A DNA stretch of 63,986 nucleotides, the filler included, from Lenisia limosa (lineage: Eukaryota > Protista > Breviatea), in NCBI GenBank assembly GCA_001655205.1. It is 10 parts of 10 records of this genome, joined end to end, with 100 filler letters (N's around TTAATTAATTAA, not from the genome) between each part and the next. Parts side by side here need not be neighbours in the genome. Positions count along the whole stretch, not along the records: positions 1 to 27,714 come from LPNZ01010119.1; 9 more parts are not named here. One strand, written 5' to 3'. Of the stretch, positions 11,983 to 24,400 are shown in pieces; within the stretch, counting starts at the first letter, position 1, and every line of letters begins with the position of its first letter. A program made the translations under genes and the position numbers. A model generated the notes under the pieces. The model saw nothing but the letters and a program-made list of their open reading frames with translations, made no database searches and was not told the origin of the DNA.

Positions 11983-13399
11983 TATGCTGCAGCGCAGAAA
12001 TCCCACCGTTAATTCAAAAAATTTCGAAAGATATAAAAATGGTATCCCTGATAAATATTGTTTTGTTACTGTATTTTAACAACAAGGTTCAGGCAAAGTA
12101 GAGCAAAAACTGTAATACTGAAAATATCTGACAAATCTGGGATAACCCGTGATATGAGTGGTACAAATCTGCATTGTTTTCTTCAAATAAATTACCTTTT
12201 TTTTAGCTTTGACCTTTCCAGTAGTAGTGATTTTGGTTGTGTTCTTCTTCACTTTTGGAGTCATTTGCTTTTTTNNNNNNNNNNCCAGCAGTTGGGCCAA
12301 CGACCCCACCCAGATAGGGTGGGTTCTTCTTTTTTTGCAGATTCCTTCAATTCCTGCTCCAGAGAGAAAGTCTCTAGTTTCTTGATAGATTTCAGTCAAT
12401 CGCTGGTCACTTTTAATGGCAGATTGTGCTTGGAGGGCGATTGCTTGACCAAGAGCTAAATCACCACCATTTTCCAATATTTGAAGACACTTTCTAAATT
12501 CCAATGATTCCAACATGAGGGGCTTTTCAAGCCAAGCTGGTCGTCCAGGAACTGGCAAATAAAGGTTTGGGGCACAAGCAGGGGCGTTTTAATTCGGAAA
12601 ACAATACAAAGCCTTAAGGTATTGATGGGTGACTGTTGGATAGCCCTCACTTTCCAAAGGCCTATAGACTGAGCCCTTATCACATTTTTGAATATTTAAG
12701 TTTTTAACATTAAAGCCATCAGCAGAGTATCCACAATCTTTCTGTGAAGCCTTAATAACAGCATGTGATGGTTCTCTTAAAGACTTAGCAATGATTGCAG
12801 CAACCTCGTAATCTTTCATATCACTACTGTATTTACAATCATTGTTTTAAAAATCCATACCGCTTCGAATTGACTGAAAGATACTTCATTAGCTCGAGCG
12901 TCTGGTGTTGAGTTGAACAACACTTTCAATTAATTCTTTTGCAGATTTCTCGTTCATTTTTTGCAAATGAAACTCTCACTAACCTTAAAATTGGAATTTA
13001 CGCTGTTCACAGGCGGCTTGGTTCGGTAGAGTACACAATTCGGCCAAATTATTTCTCAACACAGCAAAGAGTTTTTCCAAAAAAAATCAAGAAATCAATA
13101 GTACGCGAAAAAAAAATTCACCGAAAAATTATTCTATCCTGATAAAACTCAAACTTTAAAAAGACCTGAAAAATTAAAAAATATTTCTCAAAAGGGGGGG
13201 AACTGAACTTTGTTCTAAACATTCTACAATATTTTTTTTTCTTTAAACGCCGAAATATCCCTGATAAACACTATCTTAACAGGTGTTTTGTGAAAACTAG
13301 AGCTAATGAGGATTTATCAGTGATGTTTTTGTATTTTCGAATGGCTATTGAATTAACGGCGGGATATCGAATTAACGGCGGTTTCTGCGCCGCAGCATA
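11983..13399. mobile_element. 1.4-kb element with imperfect terminal inverted repeats and a decayed intronless minus-strand ORF
   Basis: Left end TATGCTGCAGCGCAGAAATCCCACCGTTAATTC matches the reverse complement of the right end (TATGCTGCGGCGCAGAAACCGCCGTTAATTC), with weaker similarity out to about 80 bp. Internal ORF pieces at 12589-12819 and 12076-12558 are in one frame, separated by a single TAA. Confidence 0.75.
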
Positions 13400-13949
13400 T
13401 ACAGTATATCATACAAATGATATGATATAGTCATAACAAGGTAATTAATCTGTTGACAAACAAATCTACGCTACCATTATCGGTCGTAACAGCGCTTGCA
13501 GTACAAAGGTATGACCGAGGCCCGAGGCTTTGCGGGTACGGCCTAAATTTGAGTAAGGCCTTACGTACACCCAAATATTTATATTGGAGGTCCTTGAGTA
13601 GGTAGTCATAGAAAGCTGCTATGCAAATGAAACCATTGAACGAAAATCAAAGGCCAACTGGAGTTCACCGAAAACACATCAAAGAGGTGGCAATTTCAGG
13701 ATTTCAGGAGCAGAGAAAAGTCAGAGAATCTTGGAAGAGCTCCACAACAAAGGCACAAGAGAGGTCCAGATCCGCTGAGATGATCTTGGGTGTAAAATTA
13801 AAACCCAAGTTTGTAATATGTTTGTATATTACTTTCTCATCATGTAGCAGAATACCAGACTGTTATTAATAGTATTTTATTAACATGACATGTATTACTA
13901 CTATTTATATGATAGTACATAAAGACAGGAGAAATGAGAAATATAAGCA

Positions 13950-15911
13950 CAGAGACATCTTTGTTTGGTAAGATTGCTTACATCTAGGTCTGATGTCAAT
14001 TTCTCCACAATTTGGTCCAATTGAGCATTGAGCCTCCTTAGTTGAACCTCAGGCAACTAAGATGTCACATATCAACACTTCTAACATCCAATTACCTTCT
14101 CAGAGGAAAGGGGTGCTTGAATCGGTTTTCTTCGCAGCGAGTCAAGAAGAACTGACCGTAGTGTTTGGGCAATAACTGAGTTGTAATTGGAACATAAAAT
14201 TGCTGCACAGTGATAATACATTAATCGATACTCCAATGTTACCTCAATACGAAAGTCACCCCATTCACCACAATGGCCCTGTTTGGCCCATGAGCCGACT
14301 GCCTTCCTAAGGGCGAGGTCCACCTGGTGCAGCAGCGACTTCTGTATGATCTGCTTCTGCCGCTCCTGTGAGTCAGCAACAACTTCGCTTCTAGTTCTCG
14401 TATTGGGTATTGTGTATATTTTTCCCCAATGGTTTTTCACAGTATGAGATTGAATTGAAGGCAGCCAACCAGATCCGCAGCATCAGGTTCCGGCGTCGGT
14501 TCTAGTAAATGTGATTGCGCGCTACTAATTATCTGAGAAATCTGGTCGAAAGGCGGTGTCGTCCTGAGTAGGTCACCTCCACGCTCCTCTCAATTATTTG
14601 AAAACGATTCGTGTACCACGCCAGGACTGCAGAATTATGCTTACATGAAGACATTTGAATGGAGGCGCAGCAATGCGTCTTTCGAGTATTCTCGGGGTAG
14701 AATGTCGTCAAAATTACTGGGGGGGGGGGGNNNNNNNNNNNNNNNNNNNNNNNNNNNNNNNNNNNNNNNNNNNNNNNNNNNNNNNNNNNNNNNNNNNNNN
14801 NCAAGATGAGTTTTATGACAAAAAAAGAGCATACAATTATCAAAGCATGATGGAAAGGGCCCACCAACCAAGCTATTTTGGACAGTGCCGCTGGCGTCAC
14901 CTCACTTTCTCTGTGAGCATTCCTCTACGCAATAAGATGGAAGATTTTTCCGAGTCAAATTGTTCAAAGAAAATCAGCCAAGCTATTGGTGCTTACCTCT
15001 AAAAGGGTATCCAAATCTGCACTTATCTGAACCACTGCAAGCCCGGTGTGCCCTAAAGAGTCCAAAAACAATAACAAATACACATTGATCTTTGACAATC
15101 ATAAGCACAATGTTCTGATCAATATCAAAGCCGTCTCACATTGTTCACATATTGTGCGAATCTGCCTCCTCATTGCTTTGAGATGGAATGTGTCCTCTAT
15201 TGCTATTACGTCGCATCCAGACTGGAGAGCGTTACCAACGGTCTCAGCTGGGTCTAAGAGGGGCCCATATATCACCACTCCTTTAGTCGCAAGTGGGGAT
15301 CAGCTGGTAAAACGGGGTTCATGGAAATACACATATCATATATAATTGGCTTCACTTCGGTTCGGTTCGGAAAATATCGATAGTCTTCGAGGATTTATCG
15401 ACATATTCGGTCTTTTTCGAACCGAAGTTTTTTGATATTGTAAATGCCAAAGCAATTGATTCACCAAGAGCAATTGAAATCATAAAACTCACTCCAGGTA
15501 CTTCAAAATTCCATTGCTAGGCCCCAAACCTTTAAATGCCCTCGAATACTCTCGAGAAACTGCTTTCGACCCGCAGCATATGTGAGTGGACTGAATTCTG
15601 CGGTAAACGTTAGCATCATCAAAACAATGAATCGGGTAGCATAAGCTCCATCACTCCCCAACCTTGATTGTGACGCAAGTTCCTCTCAATGTCGTCAAAC
15701 GAAACAGATGCAATACCCTGTCAGGTCATTCACAACAACAATAGAACTCATTTTGATGATTTTGAAAATTGCAAACCAGTTCCTGTGCTAATCAGCATAT
15801 TAATATCATGACATTACTACTCCACCCCACCATCTTCGCAGCAACCTTGCTCATGAGCCACGTCTTTCCTGAAGCTGGAGGCCCAGCAAACATCAGCACT
15901 GTCTGTGGCAT
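13950..15911 (-). CDS. PSTK: L-seryl-tRNA(Sec) kinase-like P-loop kinase (PSTK/KTI12 family, PSTK-like); 3' end approximate
   Basis: Start MPQTVLMFAGPPASGKT (Walker A), VSFDD, VIAIEDTFHLKAMRRQIRTICEQ (compare PSTK LDDNFYYxSMRY), CVEECSQR, and C-terminal QKSLLHQVDLALRKAVG (compare PSTK LHxxDxxLRRxVS). Confidence 0.7.
15348..15428. mobile_element. hAT-type MITE family A, partial
   Basis: GGCTTCACTTCGGTTCGG...TTTTTCGAACCGAAGT. Confidence 0.75.
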
Positions 15912-16244
15912 GCTGCCAATGCGTCCAATAATACGTGTAAGTAGGGTTCAACCTTTAATTATTGTTTATAACTCAATTTCGTGTCAATTTCCCACCACCA
16001 CATTACTAAAAGAATGAAGATAATTAATGTGAATTTGGGAGGGATTTGTCTGAAGAGCATCATCGGCGTGATTATCAGCCCGTACCGGATTCATTATTTT
16101 ATTTGGCCGAAAAACATTCAAGGAGAAAAACAAAAGGGCAAGAGGCAGAGCGTTTTTGGCATCAATTTGGAAAACTAACGTGATTAAACAAGAAGAGTAG
16201 TTCGGGGCAGTGTTGATTGTTTTGTTTTCGAAGACTTCTCTACG

Positions 16245-19200
16245 ATGAGCGCCTCTCCGATCAATATTGAGGAGAAAGATGGGCTGAAATCTGTATTGAA
16301 GGCGGTCATGAAGAGCTCCAAAGGACTTGGTGGGTTCCTGGCTTAATTGTTGTGAATTAGTCTTCCGCTCTGACATTCTTCTTTATACACAGCAAAATGA
16401 GAAATAGTGAATTAAGTACTCGTATCAACACAATAAAGTTATTTTGATCTCATATCCGTATATTGTGGTTTTTGTTCCCCTTTTATTATCTTAATATGAT
16501 GGCTTGTTTTTATGGCCCAGGCGAGTGGTCAGTTGGTGACGTCACTGTTGGGCTCAACTACCTTATCAAGGCTAAACAGAGGGAAAAGGAGGAGAACATC
16601 GACAAGGTGGATCTATCGTGGGAGGGTATTACCTCTTTTCTTTCCTTGAGTTGTTTTTTGGGGAACTTCAAAACGATTCGTTTTTCATTCTCCAGGATCT
16701 ATCATGGGGGGATTATTGTGTATAACATCGTAGTATGCTGGGGAGGCACGCAGAAAGCTGTGTGTCCAGAGTTCTAAGGCAAATGATTGGGTGAATTAAT
16801 ATTATACTATAATCCAATATCTCTTCTCAGCGTGATGGTGTGAACGGCTTTGGTCAGATACTTTATTTTCTATTTCGCATTTATATAATAATGTCAAGGT
16901 GGATCTATAAACAGGGGGCGTATTGCTCATATATATCCCTCTTGTTTGTAGTGTTTTTCTTGAGTTGTTTTTATTTTGTAATTTCCAAAAATTCACATTC
17001 CATTCTCCAGTGAAGCCGTCCTCTCATCTGCAATTGTGCACCCCCTTAAGGTGCCGCATTATGTCAAACTCATCTCAGCATCGTACTCCAAGGTTTGGGG
17101 TCCTTTCTCTCCCTCCATGTTTGGGGTCATAGAGTTCATGTCGATAGGGCCATTGTATATTATGTGTTTTTTTATGTTTGTGTTTGTCTGGAAGCTAGTT
17201 TTTTTTAGATTCTCGTGGTATAATCCCCTCCCAGGATATACCAGAGCTTCTCAAAAGAGCACCAGGTTTCAACAAGGGGGATATTGTCAAACATGAGGTC
17301 AAAAGCACAACCACCAGACCAGCCTACTATATTGCCGTTGATAGGTGGGCAACATATATTGCTCTATCGCTTTATTATCGATAAAACATCATGGCAATCC
17401 ACCCCCAGTTGCCTGTTTCACTGTCCTAACCCCTTAGATACTGTGAGAATGTGGTTTTGGGCATTAGAGGAACCGCGACACTTTCAGACATTATGACCGA
17501 CTTATGTGCCGATACGTGCGAAGTGGGTGCCAATTTCAATTCCCTGACTTGGCTTCTGTCACACATATAAATCATGGCTTCCACGGTCCCAAAAATTACT
17601 AAATGTCTCGATATATCCTCGATAAATCCTCGATAAATATCTATATTTTACCGGTCTTTTTTGGACCGTAGGGAGTCCCTGCTCATTATAAGCCCTCACG
17701 TTGCAGTTCTTATCAGTGGACTGTTACGCTCATCGTGGCATGGCTAAGGCGGCACTATACTTTGATACCAAAATCATGCCTGGTGAGATAAGGAGGCGTT
17801 TTTTGGTGATTCAAACAAACATTTTTCTTCATTACTGTATTTAGAAGTGGAAGCTGTTTTGAATAAACACCGCGGATACAACCTCAGAATAGTTGGACAT
17901 TCCCTTGTTGGAGGGTTGGGTGTTTCCTTTTAAAACTTTTTTTTTTTTCATCCTTTGTGTTTAATAGTCTTTTTTATCCCTTACCTTTTCCTTTCCGTTC
18001 TCCAAGTCGATATATTGAGCAAAGTTCCTTTATTGACTTGACAGAATTGGCACCNNNNNNNNNNNNNNNNNNNNNNNNNNNNNNNNNNNNNNNNNNNNNN
18101 NNNNNNNNNNNNNNNNNNNNNNNNNNNNNNNNNNNNNNNNNNNNNNNNNNNNNNNNNNNNNNNNNNNNNNNNNNNNNNNNNNNNNNNNNNTTGCTTCTTT
18201 TATGAAATCAAATGTTAAAATGATTTCTCTACGGCTCTTCCTGAAAAAAGCTACAGATCCTTCACCTTAATGAGTATCATATACTTACCCATTTCTTCTC
18301 TTTATGCAACATTTACTTTAAATTTTAGTGTTATTATTTGTCTTTCTTCTCTCCTGGGAGGCCACTAACACAGTAGGGCGCTGGCACCGCCTGCTTACTG
18401 ACCATGTTGGTCCTTCCGAGGCTGCCTAATACCAGGGTGGGCGGGGTGGGAGCAAGGCTTGGAAGAAATCCGATCGAGACTGGGGGGGGGGGNNNNNNNN
18501 NNNNNNNNNNNNNNNNNNNNNNNNNNNNNNNNNNNNNNNNNNNNNNNNNNNNNNNNNNNNNNNNNNNNNNNNNNNNNNNNNNNNNNNNNNNNNNNNNNNN
18601 NNNNNNNNNNNNNNNNNNNNNNNNNNNNNNNNNNNNNNNNNNNNNNNNNNNNNNNNNNNNNNNNNNNNNNNNNNNCTTACCTAATTTAGTGCGTTGCGCT
18701 TGCGCCACCTGCGTGCATCTCTCCAAACCTTGCTGACAAAGTATGCTCAGGATAATGCTGTTTTTGGACTGTAAAAAAGCCAATATAGCGATATATAAAC
18801 TATATGTGGCAAATCGTTCTTTTTTTTTCTCATTGCTATCTATCGATATGTGGTAATATATCAATATGATAGAGAATTGAGAACGCTCCTGTGTATTCTC
18901 ATCCTTTATTAGTTCGACAATGTCATGATCTCGTTTGTGCTTGAAGATGACCTGGGTATGGGGGCAATGGTAGTGGGCTGTGATGAGTAACATATTTAGC
19001 TGGATGGGGGTTTAATATGATAAGATAATCTATTTGTGCTAAAGGATATTTACTTATGAATATATGGGTGAATGCAAATATGCTCGCTGCTTCCCCATTT
19101 GCTGCGAAACACGCGAAATCAAGATATGATATCTTATCCAGGCCAAATGACAGTCAATCTGCTTGGATATGGGTAGGGTTTCACTTCGGTTCGAAAAAGT

Positions 19201-21071
19201 TCGCTAGAATATCGATAGTTTTCGAGGATTTATCGAGAAATTCTGTCTTTTTCCAAACCGAAGTGAAGCCCTAGATATGGAGGATGGCCTTTGAGGGATG
19301 CTTTGACACTTTAGTTCCTCGTTTCCAGCCATACAGCGCTGAAGTTGTCCGCATTGAGCTTGTGGAATACCCCTGGGGCAAGGAGGCTCGAGAAGACATC
19401 ACTAACACCAAGGTGAGATAGTCAACCCTCCTCTACGAGTTATGGGATACGGTACTGCAGAAGCTGGGATTATGGGATACGGTGCTGCAGAAGTGACTGG
19501 CCTGGGCTTTGTTTGCTTTGTGGTTATCAACCCTCGTGTGTTGTCATCCAACAAAGTTGATTTTGATCTCTTTTCCCCCCCTNNNNNNNNNNNNNNNNNN
19601 NNNNNNNNNNNNNNNNNNNNNNNNNNNNNNNNNNNNNNNNNNNNNNNNNNNNNNNNNNNNNNNNNNNNNNNNNNNNNNNNNNNNNNNNNNNNNNNNNNNN
19701 NNNNNNNNNNNNNNNNNNNNNNNNNNNNNNNNNNNNNNNNNNNNNNNNNNNNNNNNNNNTGAAGCTCTCAGCTCTCACCTCTGGTTTGTCTTGATATTTG
19801 GTCTTGTTTTTGTAGTACTACGTATATAAATTAATACGGCTTCCGCCAGATACATCTTTATTTTTATTTTCCATTGCTACAGCTATATATAAATGAATAC
19901 TATTATTTGCTTTACTAACTACTTCAGCTGGCATGCGGAAGACCCAGGGAACACTCTATTGTAGGCGGTGAGGGAATCTGATTCGGTTGTGGATGTTGGC
20001 TTTTTTANNNNNNNNNNNNNNNNNNNNNNNNNNNNNNNNNNNNNNNNNNNNNNNNNNNNNNNNNNNNNNNNNNNNNNNNNNNNNNNNNNNNNNNNNNNNN
20101 NNNNNNNNNNNNNNNNNNNNNNNNNNNNNNNNNNNNNNNNNNNNNNNNNNNNNNNNNNNNNNNNNNNNNNNNNNNNNNNNNNNNNNNNNNNTTTCAGAAG
20201 AAATCTGACCCGCTAGAAGACGAAGACACGCTTCAAATGGACGATAAGAGAATGGTGCAGGGCTGGGGTGCCTGGGACGATAAGAGAATGGTGCAGGGCT
20301 GGGGTGTCTGTGAAGTACACTAACTATCCGTATTATATGTTACTACATGTCATCCTTTTAGGCTGAAGCAAGAGCAAAGGAAGGAAAGGATAAGAAAAAA
20401 AAGAGCGGAGGCTTTATGAGCACGTATGTTGAGGGTTGTTATTGCAATATTTGACAGTATATTACTGAACGTGTCTTCCCTAAACTTCTCTTAAAAACAG
20501 AGTTTCTCAAAACCTTAAACTAGTTCCAATAGATGCAGTCGTAATATGGCTTGTCTTATTTAACTCTTTGTAGCTTCCGATGGAACAAGAAGAGGGCGGA
20601 TGAGGCCATGGAAGAGGAGGAGACAAAGGTCGAGGAAGAGAAGAAGGCGGAGGAGGAAGAGAAGAAGAAGGAGGCAGAGGCAGCTAAGGTGGGCTGGTTT
20701 TCAAGTGTCCTTTGAGGGGTTGAATGCCTTATTTTTATAGGAAGAGATCAAGGTGCTGCAGCCTCCTGGGCGGGTCATCCACATCGTCAAAGGTACTTCA
20801 CCAGCATCACAAACTGAACAGCTTACATGTCACGACTAATACCTTAACAGCTTGTATGTTACTGATACCTTAGGACCCACGGGCGACCATTTCTTCATTG
20901 AGAAGCCCAATGCTGCGTTCGAAACCCTTAGTCTTTCTTCATCGTGGGGTAACTCCTGGGGGTGAAGTTATATTACAGCTGGTTTTGCTCATTACCCTTA
21001 GGATGATATCGGATCACTCAATGAACAGCTACATTCCTGCTATTGAAAATGCACACTACCAATTGGTTTGA
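16245..21071 (+). CDS. Class-3 lipase (DAG-lipase-like alpha/beta hydrolase)
   Basis: Exons: EWSVGDVTVGLNYL, RPAYYIAVDR, VVLGIRGTATLSDIMTDL, AHRGMAKAA, nucleophile motif VGHSL|GAG, CVALAPPAC, LVPRFQPYS, LQPPGRVIHI, MISDHSMNSY...LV* (TGA 21069-21071). Confidence 0.9.
16735..16885 (+). repeat. Intronic repeat family C, long copy
   Basis: CTGGGGAGGCACGCAGAAAGCTGTG...AAGGCAAATGATTGGGTGAATT...TTTGGTCAGATAC, in a lipase intron. Confidence 0.85.
17574..17681. mobile_element. hAT-type MITE, subfamily A2
   Basis: GGCTTCCACGGTCCC...GGACCGTAGGGAGTCCC. Confidence 0.75.
19174..19273. mobile_element. hAT-type MITE family A
   Basis: Full length; TSD GATATGGG/GATATGGA (7/8). Confidence 0.92.
19442..19580 (+). 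repeat. Intronic repeat family B (reference copy)
   Basis: ATGGGATACGGTGCTGCAGAAGTGACTGGCCTGGGCTTTGTTTG...TATCAACCCTCGTGTGTTGTCATCCAACAAAGTTGATTTT...CCCCCC, starting about 27 nt after a GT donor of the lipase gene. Confidence 0.85.
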
Positions 21072-21427
21072 TCGTTTTATCTCATTTTGATATTGATGTA
21101 TTTATTGAGAATTGTGTTGTGTTTAGGCCGATAACTGCAATACCTTAAAAATCCATAAAACCAAATCTAAAAATACAGTGAAACAGAAATTTGAGTGAAA
21201 TCAGAAATTAGAAACAGAAACATGGGGGGACTATGGTCCAAAGTTCTTCGAAACAGAGCCTTGCATTGAATCAAGAGGGTCGGTGTCCTCCAGCCAGGCA
21301 ACGGGGATGAGGGGGGGAACCCGCGGTCCTACCCAGGTACATCGATCCTAAGTGTCAGTGATATAATAAAACAGAAGCGACATTGCCCCGAATAAAACAG
21401 CCCCTCACATGGCCAACACAGGTCCAG

Positions 21428-24400
21428 TTAGAGCGCGTGGTTATGATGTCCAACGTTCGGGCTATGGACGGAAGCGGCATAAGGGGTGGCGCTGATTCCG
21501 ACGTCACCGTATTGGACCTGGGCTATTAGACCAGGGGGGGGGGGGGCTATGATGAATTTATTGCTGTTGTTGTTGGAATTGGATAGCAAAGGAGCAGACT
21601 TCCTAATATCAGTGGGATCCCAGCGATCTTTCACTCAAATAAAAAAAAGAGCTTACCNNNNNNNNNNNNNNNNNNNNNNNNNNNNNNNNNNNNNNNNNNN
21701 NNNNNNNNNNNNNNNNNNNNNNNNNNNNNNNNNNNNNNNNNNNNNNNNNNNNNNNNNNNNNNNNNNNNNNNNNNNNNNNNNNNNNNNNNNNNNNNNNNNN
21801 NNNNNNNNNNNNNNNNNNNNCAATGTTATAAGAGATACTAATGATAGTAGACAATTGGGGGTATAAGCCAGGCTCGGGCTATGATATGGCAGACAAGTCA
21901 TATTATGAACACTTCAGGCCACAGCTTGTTACCTACTTTTGCAGTTGGTGTTGAAGGTTCGGAAGGCTCAATGATCTCGGGGGTGTGGAGAGAGGCCAGA
22001 CTAAAGGATGCCCCTTCGAGGTCCGGTCGCTGTGCGGGTGAGATATCGCGAAAATATACTGCTGAAACATAACAATGACCAAAACAAGAATGATGGAAAT
22101 TGGACAAATCAAACAAAAAAGCCCAAAATCAACTCTGTTGGCTGATAACACACTGGGGTTGATAACANNNNNNNNNNNNNNNNNNNNNNNNNNNNNNNNN
22201 NNNNNNNNNNNNNNNNNNNNNNNNNNNNNNNNNNNNNNNNNNNNNNNNNNNNNNNNNNNNNNNNNNNNNNNNNNNNNNNNNNNNNNNNNNNNNNNNNNNN
22301 NNNNNNNNNNNNNNNNNNNNNNNNNNNNNNNNNNNNNNNNNNNNNNNNNNNNNNNNNNNNNNNNNNNNNCAGCGTTCTCTGTTCACTGTCAGAAACATAG
22401 AAAGTGCCTTGGGCTGAACAGACTGTGTCGAAATTGATAACAGATGGACATATGATATGTGTGTCCCAGAAAGAAGTAAGGGGGAGGGGGGAGTAAAACG
22501 ACAAGGAAATTTCGGGGGTGAATATGATCGCATAGCTTCAAATTGACAAATTAAAGTATCACAAATGAGCACACACTCTGAATAGCCCTCTCCTGCCCCC
22601 ACACACCGCAACAGGTTCCATCCTGGGCGGCATTGGAGACATGGGTGCCGTATCTTGCACAGGGCCAAGAGTGAACTATAAAGGTCGGATAAATGAAAAG
22701 AAGAGCTGTGGCACAGATAGTTTCATTGTATGTGCGTTCATTACAATAGTCCCATTAGTTCCTGTTGCTTCGATATTTCTCCGTCAGTTATGTATCTTCA
22801 AGATACTCCTTGAGATAGCCCTGTCATTTGCATGTCAAATATCCACGTAATATATGGAGCAAATGATAATATGAAGAAGATGTAATTGTGTCAGGGGCTC
22901 AAGATAGTATGACAGGGCAAGAACCTACGTTGAACTTCGGCGATGGCATTTGTGGTGTAGGAACGGGGAGGGAGAGGGGCTGGAGCAATGAATTCAAATA
23001 TTGTTTCACATGTACAGTATATCTTGAGATTTCAATATTGTTAAACGTGTATATCTTGAGATTCTTCCTTACACTCTACCCCCCACAGTTGGCGGGTCAT
23101 TTTCGCGGCAGAACGATGGGATGAAAGCTTTGACCACTTCGATGCCGACAAGAATACCGCCAGGCCGACAGTCTTGCTCCATCGCTGTCACCCGGGCCAG
23201 GGCCGGGCCCCACTACACCGTCAGAAGGGGGGGGGGGGAAATTGAACATTGGAAAATGTATGAAACAAAAAAAACNNNNNNNNNNNNNNNNNNNNNNNNN
23301 NNNNNNNNNNNNNNNNNNNNNNNNNNNNNNNNNNNNNNNNNNNNNNNNNNNNNNNNNNNNNNNNCTCGGGTTGAGGCTGGATATAACACCCGCAACAGCA
23401 GCGTCAATGGCGACTCCCACTCGGATGCGTATAGGCGGCAGGCACCGGTCTACGAGGAGCTGCGGGGGGTATAAGTAGGGATTCATTTCGGTTCGAAAAA
23501 TATCGGTAAAATATCGACAGTTTTCGAGGATTAATCGAAAAATTAAGTCATTTTTTTGAACCGAAGTGAAACCCTAGGTATAAGGAGCTGCGGGGGGGGG
23601 GGGGGGGNNNNNNNNNNNNNNNNNNNNNNNNNNNNNNNNNNNNNNNNNNNNNNNNNNNNNNNNNNNNNNNNNNNNNNNNNNNNNNNNNNNNNNNNNNNNN
23701 NNNNNNNNNNNNNNNNNNNNNNNNNNNNNNNNNNNNNNGGGAAGGGACACAGTGAGAGCGGCGGCACAGAGCCCATGGTTTTGGAAGTGCTCGGGCTCAG
23801 ATCCTGGGGGTAAAACTAGCATTTGTACAGTGACCGGGATAAGTCTTGACCGATTTTCCTTTGGAAATCACATAGCAAAACGGTCAAGACTTATCCCGGT
23901 CACAGTGCATGCCAACTCCATTTGCTAATCACCGAGCCTCTGGGACAGTGTAATGGCTGAAGCTGGTGTCCACATTCGGGAAACCTATTTATTACCCCCA
24001 TAAAATGGTCACTGTAATGCCCCTTCATCTGACATCATTTGTAATGTCTCCAAGTTAACCCATTTGCTACTAATGGGGACGCCACCAACCCGATTTAACT
24101 GTGGACACTTTTGACATGGCCGAGGCTGCCGCGAGACCAAACACTCCAACCCACGCATCACCTAGGGGTGGAGTTATCCAATTAAGTTCCACTCTCCCCC
24201 TCCTGGGCGCATACCAACAGTGTAGACTCTCCTGCCGCCTAGGGCTTCAGCTGAGAGGTCCACTAACTCAACCAAGTTGGCCAAGATTGCAAACAAATCC
24301 TGGGGGGGAATCTGGACCGTCAAGGGATAAAAAGGAAAGGTGTCAGGCAGTTTATTGGCTGATCATTTCAACGGGCGCCCCCCCAGACCAAAGTAAATAA

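Noticed and set aside
15566-15582. CCGCAGCATA resembling the right end of the 1.4-kb TIR element
   Set aside because: It lies in a PSTK coding exon (PLTYAAGRK on the minus strand) with no partner end; chance match.
21603-21639. The 37-nt element as a hammerhead ribozyme or SECIS
   Set aside because: GAAA and CTGA are present, but the core is CUGAYAU rather than CUGANGA with no UH cleavage triplet after stem III, and the stem is too short for a SECIS.
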